From Alphaproteobacteria bacterium (lineage in GTDB: Bacteria; Pseudomonadota; Alphaproteobacteria; SP197), in contig OZ245842.1 of assembly GCA_965228895.1 (NCBI GenBank), positions 704,001-768,000 on the forward strand: a DNA stretch of 64,000 bases, given 5' to 3'. Below are positions 51,463 to 61,243 of the stretch, piece by piece. Under the pieces are notes generated by a model. That model was given only the letters and a program-made list of their open reading frames with translations. It was not told the origin of the DNA and did no database searches. The first letter of the stretch is position 1, and each line of letters begins with the position of its first letter. A program made the translations under genes and the position numbers.

Positions 51463-52674
51463 CTAGGCGACGGCGCCGGCCTTGCGCAACGCTTCGACTT
51501 CCTTGTCGGAGAAACCCGACTCTTTCAAGACCGCATTGGTATGTTCGCCTGCCCGTGGCGCGGGGCCCGTTACGCCGCCCTGGGTGCGCGTCATGCGGAT
51601 CGGCGTGTTGGCGATACGTGCGGTGTGCGCTGACCCGGCATGGGGCACGTCGGCCAGCATGGAGCGGGCCGCCAGATGGGGATCTTCAAACAGATCCTCG
51701 ACGGTGTTGACGGGGCCGAACGGCACGCGGCCGCCGATCGCCTCGGCAATCTCCGCCTTGGTCTGCGTCTGGGTCCACGCGGTGACCAGGGCGACCACCT
51801 CATCGCGGCGCGCCGTGCGCCCGGCATTGTCGCGATAGCGCGGATCCGTGCCCAGTTCGGGCTGTCCCATGGCGCTGCTCAGAAGCTCCCAGAAATGATC
51901 GCGCGGACAGCCGATGGCGACCCAACCGTCCTTGCACGGGAAGGTGCCGAACGGCGCGAACAGCGGGTGGTGATTGCCGTCGCGCCCAGACACCTCGCCA
52001 CGGTAGCTGTAGACCATGGCGGCACGTTCACAGACGGCAAAAATGCCGTCGACCATGGCGACGTCCAGGAACTGGCCTTCGCCGGTCTGGCGTGCATGAA
52101 GCACGGCTGAGACGATGCCGAACGCCGTCATCATGGCCGGAATGGTGTCGCCGACACCCGGTCCGATCTTGGTCGGCGCGCCATCGGGTTCGCCGGTCAC
52201 CTGCATGATGCCGCCCATGGCCTGGGCGACGATGTCATAGGCCGGCCAGTCCTGATAAGGGCTCTCGCCCGTGCGTGGATCGCCGAACCCGCGGATGGCG
52301 GCATAGACCAGCTTCGGATTGATGGCTGCCAGACTTTCGTAGCCGAGCTCCAGGCGGTCCATGACGCCGGCGCGAAAGTTTTCGATCACGACGTCGGCGC
52401 TCTCGACCAGGCGTCGAAATGCGGCCTTGCCGGCATCGTTCTTCAGATCGATGCGGATCGAGCGCTTGTTGCGGTTGATGCTCTTGAAGTAGCCGCCGTA
52501 TTCGCGCGTTTCGTCATCATCAAAGTGCGGCCCGAACACGCGCGTCGCCTCGCCTTGCGGCGGTTCGATCTTGATGACATCCGCCCCCTGGTCGGCCAGC
52601 ATCATCGTGCAGAAGGGCCCGGCCATCATCTGGCTGAGATCGAGCACACGCAGGCCGGTGAGCGCGCCGGTCAT
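51463..52674 (-). CDS. CaiB/BaiF family III CoA-transferase
   Basis: LTGLRVLDLSQMMAGP, NRNKRS, ENFRAG, YDIVAQA, GD catalytic Asp, PRAGEHT. Confidence 0.93.
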   Translation of the reverse strand: MTGALTGLRVLDLSQMMAGPFCTMMLADQGADVIKIEPPQGEATRVFGPHFDDDETREYGGYFKSINRNKRSIRIDLKNDAGKAAFRRLVESADVVIENFRAGVMDRLELGYESLAAINPKLVYAAIRGFGDPRTGESPYQDWPAYDIVAQAMGGIMQVTGEPDGAPTKIGPGVGDTIPAMMTAFGIVSAVLHARQTGEGQFLDVAMVDGIFAVCERAAMVYSYRGEVSGRDGNHHPLFAPFGTFPCKDGWVAIGCPRDHFWELLSSAMGQPELGTDPRYRDNAGRTARRDEVVALVTAWTQTQTKAEIAEAIGGRVPFGPVNTVEDLFEDPHLAARSMLADVPHAGSAHTARIANTPIRMTRTQGGVTGPAPRAGEHTNAVLKESGFSDKEVEALRKAGAVA

Positions 52675-52936
52675 AGCGCTGCCAGGCGTGGTATGCCGGC
52701 GTTGGTCGTCATCGGATCGGTGGTCCTTTCTAGGATTCGGGGCGGAACGGATGGCATTGGGTCGCCGCAGACCGTTGTTGCACGTGTTCTCCAACATGGT
52801 TGCCGTTCTGTCAAAACAACGGCCTGCCTTGAGTTGTGGCCAACCGCCTGGGCGTTGAAACGTGCCAAGCAAGGACCCGGCCGTGGTTCCTGCACCCTAC
52901 AGTCGTAGGGACGTAGCTACGCAAAACTGCCGGTAT

Positions 52937-52951
52937 GTTCTTGTTATGTTC
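52937..52951. promoter_or_regulatory. Alphaproteobacterial LexA (SOS) box
   Basis: GTTC-TTGTTAT-GTTC matches GTTC-N7-GTTC, just upstream of a DNA glycosylase ATG. Confidence 0.8.
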
Positions 52952-52978
52952 TGTTGCGCATGGCATGGTGTCGGAGTC

Positions 52979-53812
52979 ATGCAACTCGCGCTTTTCATAG
53001 ATGAACGCCATCAGACGCTACCTGAGGTCGATGATCGGCTACGGCGGCGATTTGGTAGTCCGGGACCATGGCTGCGGCTCGATCCGGTTAGCCAGTTGAT
53101 GGCCGGTATGATTGGCGGCAAGACACCCGGTGCCGTCTCTCAGCAGGCTTTTGAGGCTATGCTCCGCCGCTTCGATGCCTGGGAGGAGGTTCGCGATGCG
53201 TCGGTCGATCAGATTTACCAGCCAATTCGGGCGGTGACCTTCGCGGACGTCAAAGCCGGGCGACTGAAACAGGCATTGCAGATTGTTTCTGCGGAGCGTG
53301 GCCGGCTGGAGCTGGACTTTCTGACAACGATGACTGTCGATCGCGCGTTAGCGTGGCTCGAGCGATTGCCGGGGGTCGGCCGCAAGACGTCGGCGGTCAC
53401 CCTTAACTTCAGTGCATTGCGACAGAAATCGTTGGTCATCGATACCCATCATCTGCGGGTATTGCGGCGTTTGGGGCTTGTCGGGCCACGCGCGGTCACA
53501 ACCGAGGCCTACGAACGTGTTGTGGCTTGGCTTCCACAGGCGTGGCGGGCTGACGATTTCACCGACCACCACCATCTCATGAAAACCTTGGGCCAGACGA
53601 TTTGCCGTCATGCGGTGAGGGACTGTCCACGATGTCCGCTGCAGGCGCTGTGTCCGGCCGCGTTGTTTCGTTCGCGCCACGACGGTTCCGAGGTTCCCGC
53701 AAGACGTCAGCGCGACAATGTCGTCGCCCGGCAACGCCGTTCGACTGAGGTTTTGCGGTTCGGATCTGTTGACCGGTGCTCGCGCCGTGCAGGCAGGCAA
53801 GACCGCCGGTGA
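52979..53812 (+). CDS. Endonuclease III-like HhH-GPD DNA glycosylase with [4Fe-4S] motif
   Basis: LPGVGRKT, IDTH, C-x6-C-x2-C-x5-C; GGAG RBS before ATG 52979. Confidence 0.88.
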   Translation: MQLALFIDERHQTLPEVDDRLRRRFGSPGPWLRLDPVSQLMAGMIGGKTPGAVSQQAFEAMLRRFDAWEEVRDASVDQIYQPIRAVTFADVKAGRLKQALQIVSAERGRLELDFLTTMTVDRALAWLERLPGVGRKTSAVTLNFSALRQKSLVIDTHHLRVLRRLGLVGPRAVTTEAYERVVAWLPQAWRADDFTDHHHLMKTLGQTICRHAVRDCPRCPLQALCPAALFRSRHDGSEVPARRQRDNVVARQRRSTEVLRFGSVDRCSRRAGRQDRR

Positions 53813-53823
53813 TATGGAGGTGT

Positions 53824-55380
53824 TCAGCGCTGGCGTAAGCCGACGGAGTGTTCCACGGTTTGCGGGTTCGGCTGTTCGGCATGCGTGCGCATCCACAAGT
53901 CGAGCTGCTGCGCTTCAACCTCGTCAAGGCGCAGGCCGAGTTTGGATCGGCGCCAAAGCACATCATCGGCCGAGCGCGCCCATTCCTTTTGCATAAGCCA
54001 ACGGACTTCTGTTTCCGTCAGGTCGCCGCCGAAACAGCGGCCGAGGTCTGCTGCGCATCGGGCATCGCCAAGTATGTCCGCGGTCTCGGAACCGTAGGTT
54101 CGTATCAAACGCCGCGCCCAAGCCTTATCCAAGAACGGATAATTCGTGCACAGTTTGGCCTCGGCCTCCAGGTGAGCATCGACCGGCATGGCGCCGCCGG
54201 GCAACGCGACACCGGCCGTCCATGGTTCGTCCATCGCTGGCAGGTAAGGTTTCAATTTTGCCAGAGCGGCTTCGGCAAGCCGGCGATAGGTCGTGATCTT
54301 GCCGCCGAACACATTGAGCAGAGGCGCGCTGCCATCGGACGCGTCGACCTTCAGAACGTAATCGCGCGTTGCCTTGGTGCTGCTGCGCGCACCGTCGTCG
54401 TAAAGCGGCCGTACACCGGAATAGGTCCAGACGATGTCTTTCTGCCCGATCGGTTCTGCGAAGTAGGCGCTGGCCGCATCCAGCAGATAGGCTCGTTCTT
54501 TCGCCGTGCAGGAAGCCGCTTCAGGTGAACCGTCATGGTCCAATTCGGTCGTGCCGATCAGCGTAAAATCGTCTTCGTAAGGAATGGCGAAGACGATGCG
54601 GTCGTCGTTCATCTGGAAGATGTAGGCCCGGTTATGTTCGAACTGCCGCGCCACGACAATATGACTGCCGCGCACGAGGCGAGTGCGCGCGGGTGCGTTG
54701 CGATGCAGTTTGTAGCGGATGATGTCATCGACCCAGGGGCCGCCGGCATTGACCAGGCATCGCGCCTGAATCTGCCGAGTCGCGCCGGTTTGACCGTCCT
54801 CCAACGTGACCTGCCATCGCCCTCCCTGGCGTTGGGCCAGGACGCAGGTCGTGCCGACGGCAATGGTGGCGCCTTGGTCGGCGGCGGCGCGCGCGTTCAG
54901 GACGACAAGCCGGGCGTCGTCGATCCAGCAATCGGAGTACTCGAAGGCGCGTTTGTACGTTGGCTTCAGCGGTTGCCCTGCCTCGTCCTGCCGCAGGTCG
55001 AGCGTCCGTGTTGGCGGCAACAGACGGCGGCCGCCCAGGTGATCGTAAAGGAAGAGGCCAAGGCGGATCAGCCATGCCGGGCGCAGGCCCGGATGATGTG
55101 GCAGGACAAAGCGCATGGGCCAGGCAATGTGGGGCATGGCCCGCAACAGAATTTCACGTTCCACCAGCGCCTCGCGAACCAGCCGGAACTTGAAATGTTC
55201 GAGATAACGCAGCCCGCCGTGGATCAGTTTTGTCGACGCCGACGACGTTCCCTGGGCGAGATCGCCTTGTTCGCACAGAAAGACGCTGAGGCCGCGGCCC
55301 GCCGCGTCGCGGGCGATGCCGCAGCCGTTGATACCGCCGCCAATGATTGCGATGTCATAGGTGTCGGCGTTGTCAGTCAT
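53824..55380 (-). CDS. glpD: FAD-dependent glycerol-3-phosphate dehydrogenase
   Basis: GGGINGCG, TSSASTKLIHGGLRYLE, GVRPL, GGKITTYR, WRRSKLG. Confidence 0.95.
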   Translation of the reverse strand: MTDNADTYDIAIIGGGINGCGIARDAAGRGLSVFLCEQGDLAQGTSSASTKLIHGGLRYLEHFKFRLVREALVEREILLRAMPHIAWPMRFVLPHHPGLRPAWLIRLGLFLYDHLGGRRLLPPTRTLDLRQDEAGQPLKPTYKRAFEYSDCWIDDARLVVLNARAAADQGATIAVGTTCVLAQRQGGRWQVTLEDGQTGATRQIQARCLVNAGGPWVDDIIRYKLHRNAPARTRLVRGSHIVVARQFEHNRAYIFQMNDDRIVFAIPYEDDFTLIGTTELDHDGSPEAASCTAKERAYLLDAASAYFAEPIGQKDIVWTYSGVRPLYDDGARSSTKATRDYVLKVDASDGSAPLLNVFGGKITTYRRLAEAALAKLKPYLPAMDEPWTAGVALPGGAMPVDAHLEAEAKLCTNYPFLDKAWARRLIRTYGSETADILGDARCAADLGRCFGGDLTETEVRWLMQKEWARSADDVLWRRSKLGLRLDEVEAQQLDLWMRTHAEQPNPQTVEHSVGLRQR

Positions 55381-56164
55381 GGCCGTTTGTCATATCGGGT
55401 ATGCCGCTGGCGACGGTGATGCCGACGCCTTCGCGTTCGCAGGCGCTGCAAAACGCCTGGGGCGGTCGACGATCGCTGACAAAGTGATCGATATCGGAGA
55501 GGTCACAGATACGCACCGGCGCGCTTCGCTCGAACTTCGTGTGGTCGCAGACCAGGATCGTGCGCCGGGCGTTGGCGGTAATGGCGCGCGCGACGGCGAC
55601 CTCGCGAACGTCGAAATCCATGATCGAACCGTCTTCGTCCAGCGCGGATGCGCCGATCACGGCGTAGTCGACTCGGAACTTGCGAATGAACTCCACCGCG
55701 TCATTGCCGACAATGGCGCCGTCTGATTGGCGCACGGCGCCGCCGGCCAGAATGATCTCCTTGGTGGTCGTGCCGGACAGAATGTTCACCACGTTGATGT
55801 TGTTGGTGACGACGAAGAGGTCGTGGCGATCACGCAGGGCCAGGGCGACCTGTTCGGTCGTCGTGCCGATATTGATGATCATCGAGCAACCGTTGGGGAT
55901 CATCGCAGCGGCGTGTTGCCCGATCGCGCGCTTTTCTTCCAAGGCAAGCGCGCGGCGCTCGGCATAGTCCAGGTTGGTCACGCTGGTTGCCGGCACGGCA
56001 CCGCCATGGACGCGGGTCAGCAAGCCACCCCGGCTCATCAGGTTGAGATCGCGGCGAATCGTCTGGGTCGTCACGCCAAAATCGGCCGCAAGGCCGTCGA
56101 CCGAAACGCGGCCTTCGACACGTGCCCGCGCCATGATTTCCGTTTGGCGATCGCTCAGAACCAT
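55373..56164 (-). CDS. glpR: DeoR family glycerol-3-phosphate regulon repressor
   Basis: TIRRDL HTH, RVHGGA, NIGTTTE; overlaps the glpD start. Confidence 0.9.
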   Translation of the reverse strand: MVLSDRQTEIMARARVEGRVSVDGLAADFGVTTQTIRRDLNLMSRGGLLTRVHGGAVPATSVTNLDYAERRALALEEKRAIGQHAAAMIPNGCSMIINIGTTTEQVALALRDRHDLFVVTNNINVVNILSGTTTKEIILAGGAVRQSDGAIVGNDAVEFIRKFRVDYAVIGASALDEDGSIMDFDVREVAVARAITANARRTILVCDHTKFERSAPVRICDLSDIDHFVSDRRPPQAFCSACEREGVGITVASGIPDMTNGHD

Positions 56165-56228
56165 AGGGACCAGCTTTTCTGCACTCTTTCAGATGATACA
56201 TGTTTTCTTTTCGGATGAAATACACCGG

Positions 56229-56250
56229 TTTCACTTGACGGTAAGTGAAA
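56229..56250. promoter_or_regulatory. Putative GlpR operator overlapping a -35-like TTGACG
   Basis: TTTCACTT-GACGGT-AAGTGAAA dyad between glpR and the transporter. Confidence 0.55.
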
Positions 56251-56321
56251 AAATAAATGAACATTCTGTGCATCGGACCGGGTGCGTTACCGGGATGCAG
56301 GAGGAACAGGGGAGACGAGCC

Positions 56322-58067
56322 ATGCGCACAGGATTTAGAGCGGCGGCCGTGGCGATCAGTTTGATCGTCGCGACGCCGGCTGCTTACGCCGACATAGAGG
56401 CGGCAGAACAATGGGTTAACGACGAATTTCAGCCCTCGGCCCTGACGGTCGAGGAGCAGATGGCGGAGATGCAGTGGTTCATCGACGCTGCCAAGCCGTT
56501 CGCCGGCATGGAGATCAACGTGTTGTCGGAAACCATTCCGACGCACACCTACGAGTCGCAGGTGCTGACCCAGGCGTTCGAGGACATCACCGGCATCAAG
56601 GTCAACCATCAGCTTCTGGGTGAAGGCGAGGTGGTCCAGGCCGTCCAGACCCAGATGCAGACAGGGCGTAACCTCTACGATGCCTATATCAACGACAGCG
56701 ATCTGATCGGTACCCATTCGCGCCTGCAGCTTGCCGTCAACCTGACCGAGTGGATGGCCGGCGAAGGCGCCGATGTCACCAATCCCGGTCTCGACATCGA
56801 AGACTTCATCGGCATCTCGTTCACGACCGGCCCTGACGGCAATATTTATCAGTTGCCCGACCAGCAGTTCGCGAACCTCTATTGGTTCCGCAAGGACTGG
56901 TTCGACCGCGAGGATCTGCAGGAGCAGTTCAAGGAAATCTACGGCTACGATCTCGGCGTTCCCGTCAACTGGTCGGCCTATGAGGACATCGCCGAGTTCT
57001 TCACCGTCCATGTCGGCGAGATCGACGGCGTCACCGTCTATGGCCACATGGACTACGGCAAGCGCGCGCCCGATCTGGGCTGGCGCATGACCGACGCATG
57101 GCTCTCCATGGCCGGTGCCGGCGACACGGGCCTGCCGAACGGCGTGCCGGTCGACGAGTGGGGCATTCGCATGGAAGCCGGCACGTGTAATCCGGTCGGC
57201 GCCAGTGTCAGCCGCGGTGGTGCTGCCAACGGTCCGGCTGCCGTCTACGCCATCCGCAAATGGGATGAATGGCTGCGCGAATATGCGCCGCCGGCGGCTG
57301 CCAGCTATGACTTCTATCAATCGCTGCCGGCATTGGCGCAGGGCAACGTGGCCCAGCAGATCTTCTGGTACACGGCGTTCACGGCCTCCATGGTCGCGCC
57401 CAAGGAAGACGGCAACAACACGGTCGACGATGCGGGAACGCCGCTGTGGCGCATGGCGCCGAGCCCGCACGGCCCCTATTGGGAAGAAGGCCAGAAGCTC
57501 GGTTATCAGGATGCCGGTTCGTGGACAATCCTGAAGTCGACGCCGACCGATCGCGCGAAGGCGGCTTGGCTTTATGCCCAGTTCGTCGTCTCCAAAACGG
57601 TCGACGTGAAGAAGAGCCAGGTTGGCTTGACGTTTATTCGTGACAGCACCGTGCGTCACGAAAGCTTTACGGAACGGGCGCCCCAGCTTGGCGGTCTCGT
57701 TGAGTTCTACCGGTCTCCCGATCGTGTCCTGTGGACACCGACGGGCATCAACGTCCCCGATTATCCCAAGCTTGCCCAGATCTGGTGGCAGCAGATCGGT
57801 GACGTGAACTCCGGCGCGTTCACGCCGCAGGAGGCCATGGACCGGCTGGCCAGCGAGATGGATCAGGTGATGGCGCGGATGCAGGCAGCCGACGAGCAAG
57901 CGGACGTTTACGGGGGGTGCGGACCGCGGCTCAACGAAGAGAGTGATCCCGAGTACTGGTTGTCGCAACCGGGATCGCCGAAGCCGATGTTGGAGAACGA
58001 GAAGCCGATGGGTGAAACCATCAGCTACGAAGAGTTGGTCCAGCGCTGGGCTGCTTCGGACGAGTGA
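56322..58067 (+). CDS. Glycerol ABC transporter substrate-binding protein (GlpV-like)
   Basis: Signal peptide; INDSDLIGTH, QLPDQQFANLYWFR, GHMDYGK; glp context. Confidence 0.9.
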   Translation: MRTGFRAAAVAISLIVATPAAYADIEAAEQWVNDEFQPSALTVEEQMAEMQWFIDAAKPFAGMEINVLSETIPTHTYESQVLTQAFEDITGIKVNHQLLGEGEVVQAVQTQMQTGRNLYDAYINDSDLIGTHSRLQLAVNLTEWMAGEGADVTNPGLDIEDFIGISFTTGPDGNIYQLPDQQFANLYWFRKDWFDREDLQEQFKEIYGYDLGVPVNWSAYEDIAEFFTVHVGEIDGVTVYGHMDYGKRAPDLGWRMTDAWLSMAGAGDTGLPNGVPVDEWGIRMEAGTCNPVGASVSRGGAANGPAAVYAIRKWDEWLREYAPPAAASYDFYQSLPALAQGNVAQQIFWYTAFTASMVAPKEDGNNTVDDAGTPLWRMAPSPHGPYWEEGQKLGYQDAGSWTILKSTPTDRAKAAWLYAQFVVSKTVDVKKSQVGLTFIRDSTVRHESFTERAPQLGGLVEFYRSPDRVLWTPTGINVPDYPKLAQIWWQQIGDVNSGAFTPQEAMDRLASEMDQVMARMQAADEQADVYGGCGPRLNEESDPEYWLSQPGSPKPMLENEKPMGETISYEELVQRWAASDE

Positions 58068-58079
58068 GGCTGCCTTGGG

Positions 58080-58128
58080 AACTACGGCCGCCATGCTGGG
58101 TACATGGCGGCCGTAGTTTCCGCTTTTT
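58080..58128 (+). terminator. Hairpin after the SBP gene
   Basis: Perfect 16-bp stem AACTACGGCCGCCATG/CATGGCGGCCGTAGTT, then TCCGCTTTTT. Confidence 0.65.
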
Positions 58129-58197
58129 CTCCCGCTCCCCCACGACGCGCGGGCGTCGCCTGATACGGGTGTATTTTGCACAGGCGGATTGCGTCAC

Positions 58198-59265
58198 ATG
58201 ACCCTGGAGTTCCGGAACGTCGCAAAACGCAGCGGCGGCGAGACGTTGATCCACGCGTGCTCGTTCACGTTCGAGGCGCCGGGATTCAACATCCTTCTGG
58301 GCGCCACCAATGCCGGCAAGACGACACTGATCAAGCTGATGGCGAACCTGGAACGGCCATCGGAAGGTGAGATCTGGTTCGACGGCAAGAACGTGACCCA
58401 CGCGGCGACGCAAAAGCGCAATGTCAGCCTGGTGCACCAGTTCTTCGTCAACTATCCCCACATGTCGGTCTACGAGAACATCGCCTCGCCGCTGAAAATC
58501 GAGCGCGTGCCGTCGGCTGAGATCAAGCGGCGCGTTAGCGAGACAGCGGAACTTCTCAAGCTCGGGCCGTTTCTGCAGCGCCGCCCCGCGGAATTGTCCG
58601 GTGGTCAGCAGCAACGCACCGCGCTCGCCCGTGCGCTGGTCAAGGAAAGCAGCCTCGTGCTGCTCGACGAACCGCTGGTCAATCTTGACTACAAGCTGCG
58701 CGAGGAATTGCGAGATGAATTGCCGCGCTTGTTTTCGGGCCGCAGCGCCATCGTTGTCTACGCGACGTCGGAGCCGACCGAGGCGCTGATGCTGGGTGGG
58801 CGCACCGCGACGATCTGGCAGGGCAGGGTGACCCAGGTCGGCGATACGGCGGATGTCTATCGCCGGCCCAACACGGTGGAGACCGCCCAGGTCTTCTCCG
58901 ATCCGCCGATCAACACCGCGCCGGTGGTCAAGGCTGATGGCGAGATCAGACTTGGCGAAACCGTGCGCTGGCCGGCCGAAGGTGACGTCGCGGCCATGCC
59001 GGATGGCGTCTACACTGTCGCCGTCAGGCCGCATTTTGTTTCGCCGATCGCAGACGGGCCGGGAAGTGTCGCGGTTACCGGCCGAGTCTTGATCACCGAG
59101 TTGTCGGGTTCCGAGAGTACGGCGCATTTCGAGTTCGAGGGTCTGACTTGGGTTTCGCAAAGCCATGGTGTGCACAGCTATCAGATCGGCGAGATCCATG
59201 GCTTCAACATCGATACCAAAGGCTGCCTTTACTTCCGCGACGACGGCACGCGGGTAACCGGGTAG
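58198..59265 (+). CDS. Glycerol ABC ATP-binding protein (GlpS-like)
   Basis: GATNAGKT, LSGGQQQR, LDEPL, YATSEP. Confidence 0.88.
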   Translation: MTLEFRNVAKRSGGETLIHACSFTFEAPGFNILLGATNAGKTTLIKLMANLERPSEGEIWFDGKNVTHAATQKRNVSLVHQFFVNYPHMSVYENIASPLKIERVPSAEIKRRVSETAELLKLGPFLQRRPAELSGGQQQRTALARALVKESSLVLLDEPLVNLDYKLREELRDELPRLFSGRSAIVVYATSEPTEALMLGGRTATIWQGRVTQVGDTADVYRRPNTVETAQVFSDPPINTAPVVKADGEIRLGETVRWPAEGDVAAMPDGVYTVAVRPHFVSPIADGPGSVAVTGRVLITELSGSESTAHFEFEGLTWVSQSHGVHSYQIGEIHGFNIDTKGCLYFRDDGTRVTG

Positions 59266-59277
59266 GGATCGGACGTC

Positions 59278-60360
59278 ATGGCGAGAATTGAGCTGAAAGA
59301 TCTCAGGCACAGCTATGTCGCGGAACCGAAAGGTCCCGACGACTATGCGCTGAAAGGTCTCGATCTGGCTTGGGATGACGGTGGCGCCTATGCCCTGCTG
59401 GGGCCGTCCGGCTGCGGCAAGACGACCTTGCTCAACATCATTTCAGGCCTGATTGCCCCGTCCGAAGGTCAGATCTTGTTCGACGGCCACGATGTCACCG
59501 ACCTGCCGCCATCGCAGCGCAACATCGCCCAGGTTTTCCAGTTCCCGGTCATCTATGACACCATGACCGTGTTCGATAACCTGGCCTTTCCGCTGCGCAA
59601 CCGTGGCGTCGACCACGGCCGTATCGCGACCCGCGTCAACGATATCGCCGAGCTGCTCGAGCTCAGTGACATCCTGGGGCATCGCGCGTCCGGTCTAACG
59701 CCAGACGTTAAGCAAAAGCTCTCCATGGGGCGCGGCCTGGTGCGCGAAGACGTCAACGTCATCATGTTTGACGAACCGCTGACCGTGATCGATCCGCATC
59801 TGAAGTGGAAGCTGCGCTCCAAACTGAAGGAACTGCATCAAACGGTCGGTGCGACGATGATTTATGTCACTCACGACCAGACGGAAGCGCTGACCTTCGC
59901 TGACCAGGTCGTTGTCATGCGTGAGGGCGAAGTCGTCCAGGTCGGTACGCCGGTCGACCTCTTTGAAACGCCGGCCCACACCTTCGTCGGGCACTTCATC
60001 GGCTCGCCGGGCATGAACGTCATGCCGTGCGAGGTGCGCGACGGCGCGGTGTTCGTGCAGGGTGTTCATATTCCCATGGCCGCGCAGGTTGAGGTGGCGC
60101 CGGGCTCGGGTCCGCTCGAAGTTGGCGTGCGTCCGGAATACATTGATGTCGCCGATGACGGCTTGCCAGTCGAGGTCACACGGGTTGCCGATTCCGGACG
60201 CTTCCGCATCGTCGAGGCTCATGCCGGGGCCGAGCGTATCAACGTCCTGACCCGCGAAGATCAAGTGACGCCCTTGGGGCCGGCAAAGCTGCGCTTCGAT
60301 CCTGCCCGGACACGGGTCTATGCGGACGGCCGGCTCGTGACCGGCGCGGCGGGGGGCTAG
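59278..60360 (+). CDS. Glycerol ABC ATP-binding protein (GlpT-like, degenerate signature)
   Basis: GPSGCGKT, FQFPVIYDTMTV, FDEPLTVIDP. Confidence 0.9.
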   Translation: MARIELKDLRHSYVAEPKGPDDYALKGLDLAWDDGGAYALLGPSGCGKTTLLNIISGLIAPSEGQILFDGHDVTDLPPSQRNIAQVFQFPVIYDTMTVFDNLAFPLRNRGVDHGRIATRVNDIAELLELSDILGHRASGLTPDVKQKLSMGRGLVREDVNVIMFDEPLTVIDPHLKWKLRSKLKELHQTVGATMIYVTHDQTEALTFADQVVVMREGEVVQVGTPVDLFETPAHTFVGHFIGSPGMNVMPCEVRDGAVFVQGVHIPMAAQVEVAPGSGPLEVGVRPEYIDVADDGLPVEVTRVADSGRFRIVEAHAGAERINVLTREDQVTPLGPAKLRFDPARTRVYADGRLVTGAAGG

Positions 60361-60363
60361 GCC

Positions 60364-61230
60364 ATGCTCTCCAAGGTACAGACGCAGAGAGCCTGGATCT
60401 TCGTCATCCCGGTCGTGCTGCTGGTCGCCTTCAACGCGCTGGTGCCGTTGATGACGGTGGTCAACTATTCGGTTCAGGAGACGTTCGGCGACAATCTCTT
60501 CTTCTGGCACGGCGTCGGCTGGTTTGAGGATGTGCTGCATTCCGAACGCTTTCATGCGGCGCTCGGGCGACAGCTCCTGTTCACCTTCACCATCCTGTTC
60601 ATCGAGATTCCGCTTGGCGTCATCATTGCGCTCGCCATGCCCAAGCGCGGCATCTGGGTGCCCGTGTGCCTGGTGCTGATGGCCCTGCCGCTCTTGATCC
60701 CCTGGAACGTTGTGGGGTCGATGTGGAACATCTTCACGCTGCCGGACATCGGCATGATGGGCTACACGATCAATTCCCTGGGCATCGACTACAACATGAC
60801 CCAGCAGCCGTTCGCGGCGTGGTTCACCATCATCTTGATGGACGTCTGGCACTGGACGTCGCTGGTTGTGTTGCTGACCTACGCCGGTCTGATTTCGATC
60901 CCCGACGCCTATTACCAGGCCGCCGCGATCGACGGCGCCAAGCCATGGGCCGTGTTCCGCCATATCCAGCTGCCCAAGCTCAAGCGCGTGCTGACTATCG
61001 CCATTCTGCTGCGCTTCATGGACAGTTTCATGATCTATACGGAACCGTTCGTCATGACCGGCGGCGGGCCCGGTAACACAACGACGCTGCTGTCGATTGA
61101 TCTCGTCAAGATGGCGCTCGGCCAGTTCGACCTGGGCCCGGCGGCCGCGATGTCGCTGATCTATTTCCTCATCACGCTTTTGCTGTCATGGGTGTTCTAT
61201 ACCGTCATGACGCGTCACGACGCGAAGTGA
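60364..61230 (+). CDS. Glycerol ABC permease (GlpP-like)
   Basis: PLMTVVNYSVQ, MDVWHWTSLV, QAAAIDGA. Confidence 0.9.
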   Translation: MLSKVQTQRAWIFVIPVVLLVAFNALVPLMTVVNYSVQETFGDNLFFWHGVGWFEDVLHSERFHAALGRQLLFTFTILFIEIPLGVIIALAMPKRGIWVPVCLVLMALPLLIPWNVVGSMWNIFTLPDIGMMGYTINSLGIDYNMTQQPFAAWFTIILMDVWHWTSLVVLLTYAGLISIPDAYYQAAAIDGAKPWAVFRHIQLPKLKRVLTIAILLRFMDSFMIYTEPFVMTGGGPGNTTTLLSIDLVKMALGQFDLGPAAAMSLIYFLITLLLSWVFYTVMTRHDAK

Positions 61231-61243
61231 GGGGGCGGGTGTC

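Noticed and set aside
55830-58181. Long antisense ORFs (783 aa here; also 20022-21452, 26237-27475, 33793-35064, 59695-60963)
   Set aside because: Shadows of well-supported genes on the opposite strand, typical of high-GC DNA, with no recognisable motifs.
59278-60360. Degenerate ABC signature (LTPDVKQ) as a pseudogene sign
   Set aside because: Typical of the GlpT-like subunit of this heterodimeric glycerol transporter as I recall it; the ORF is intact.
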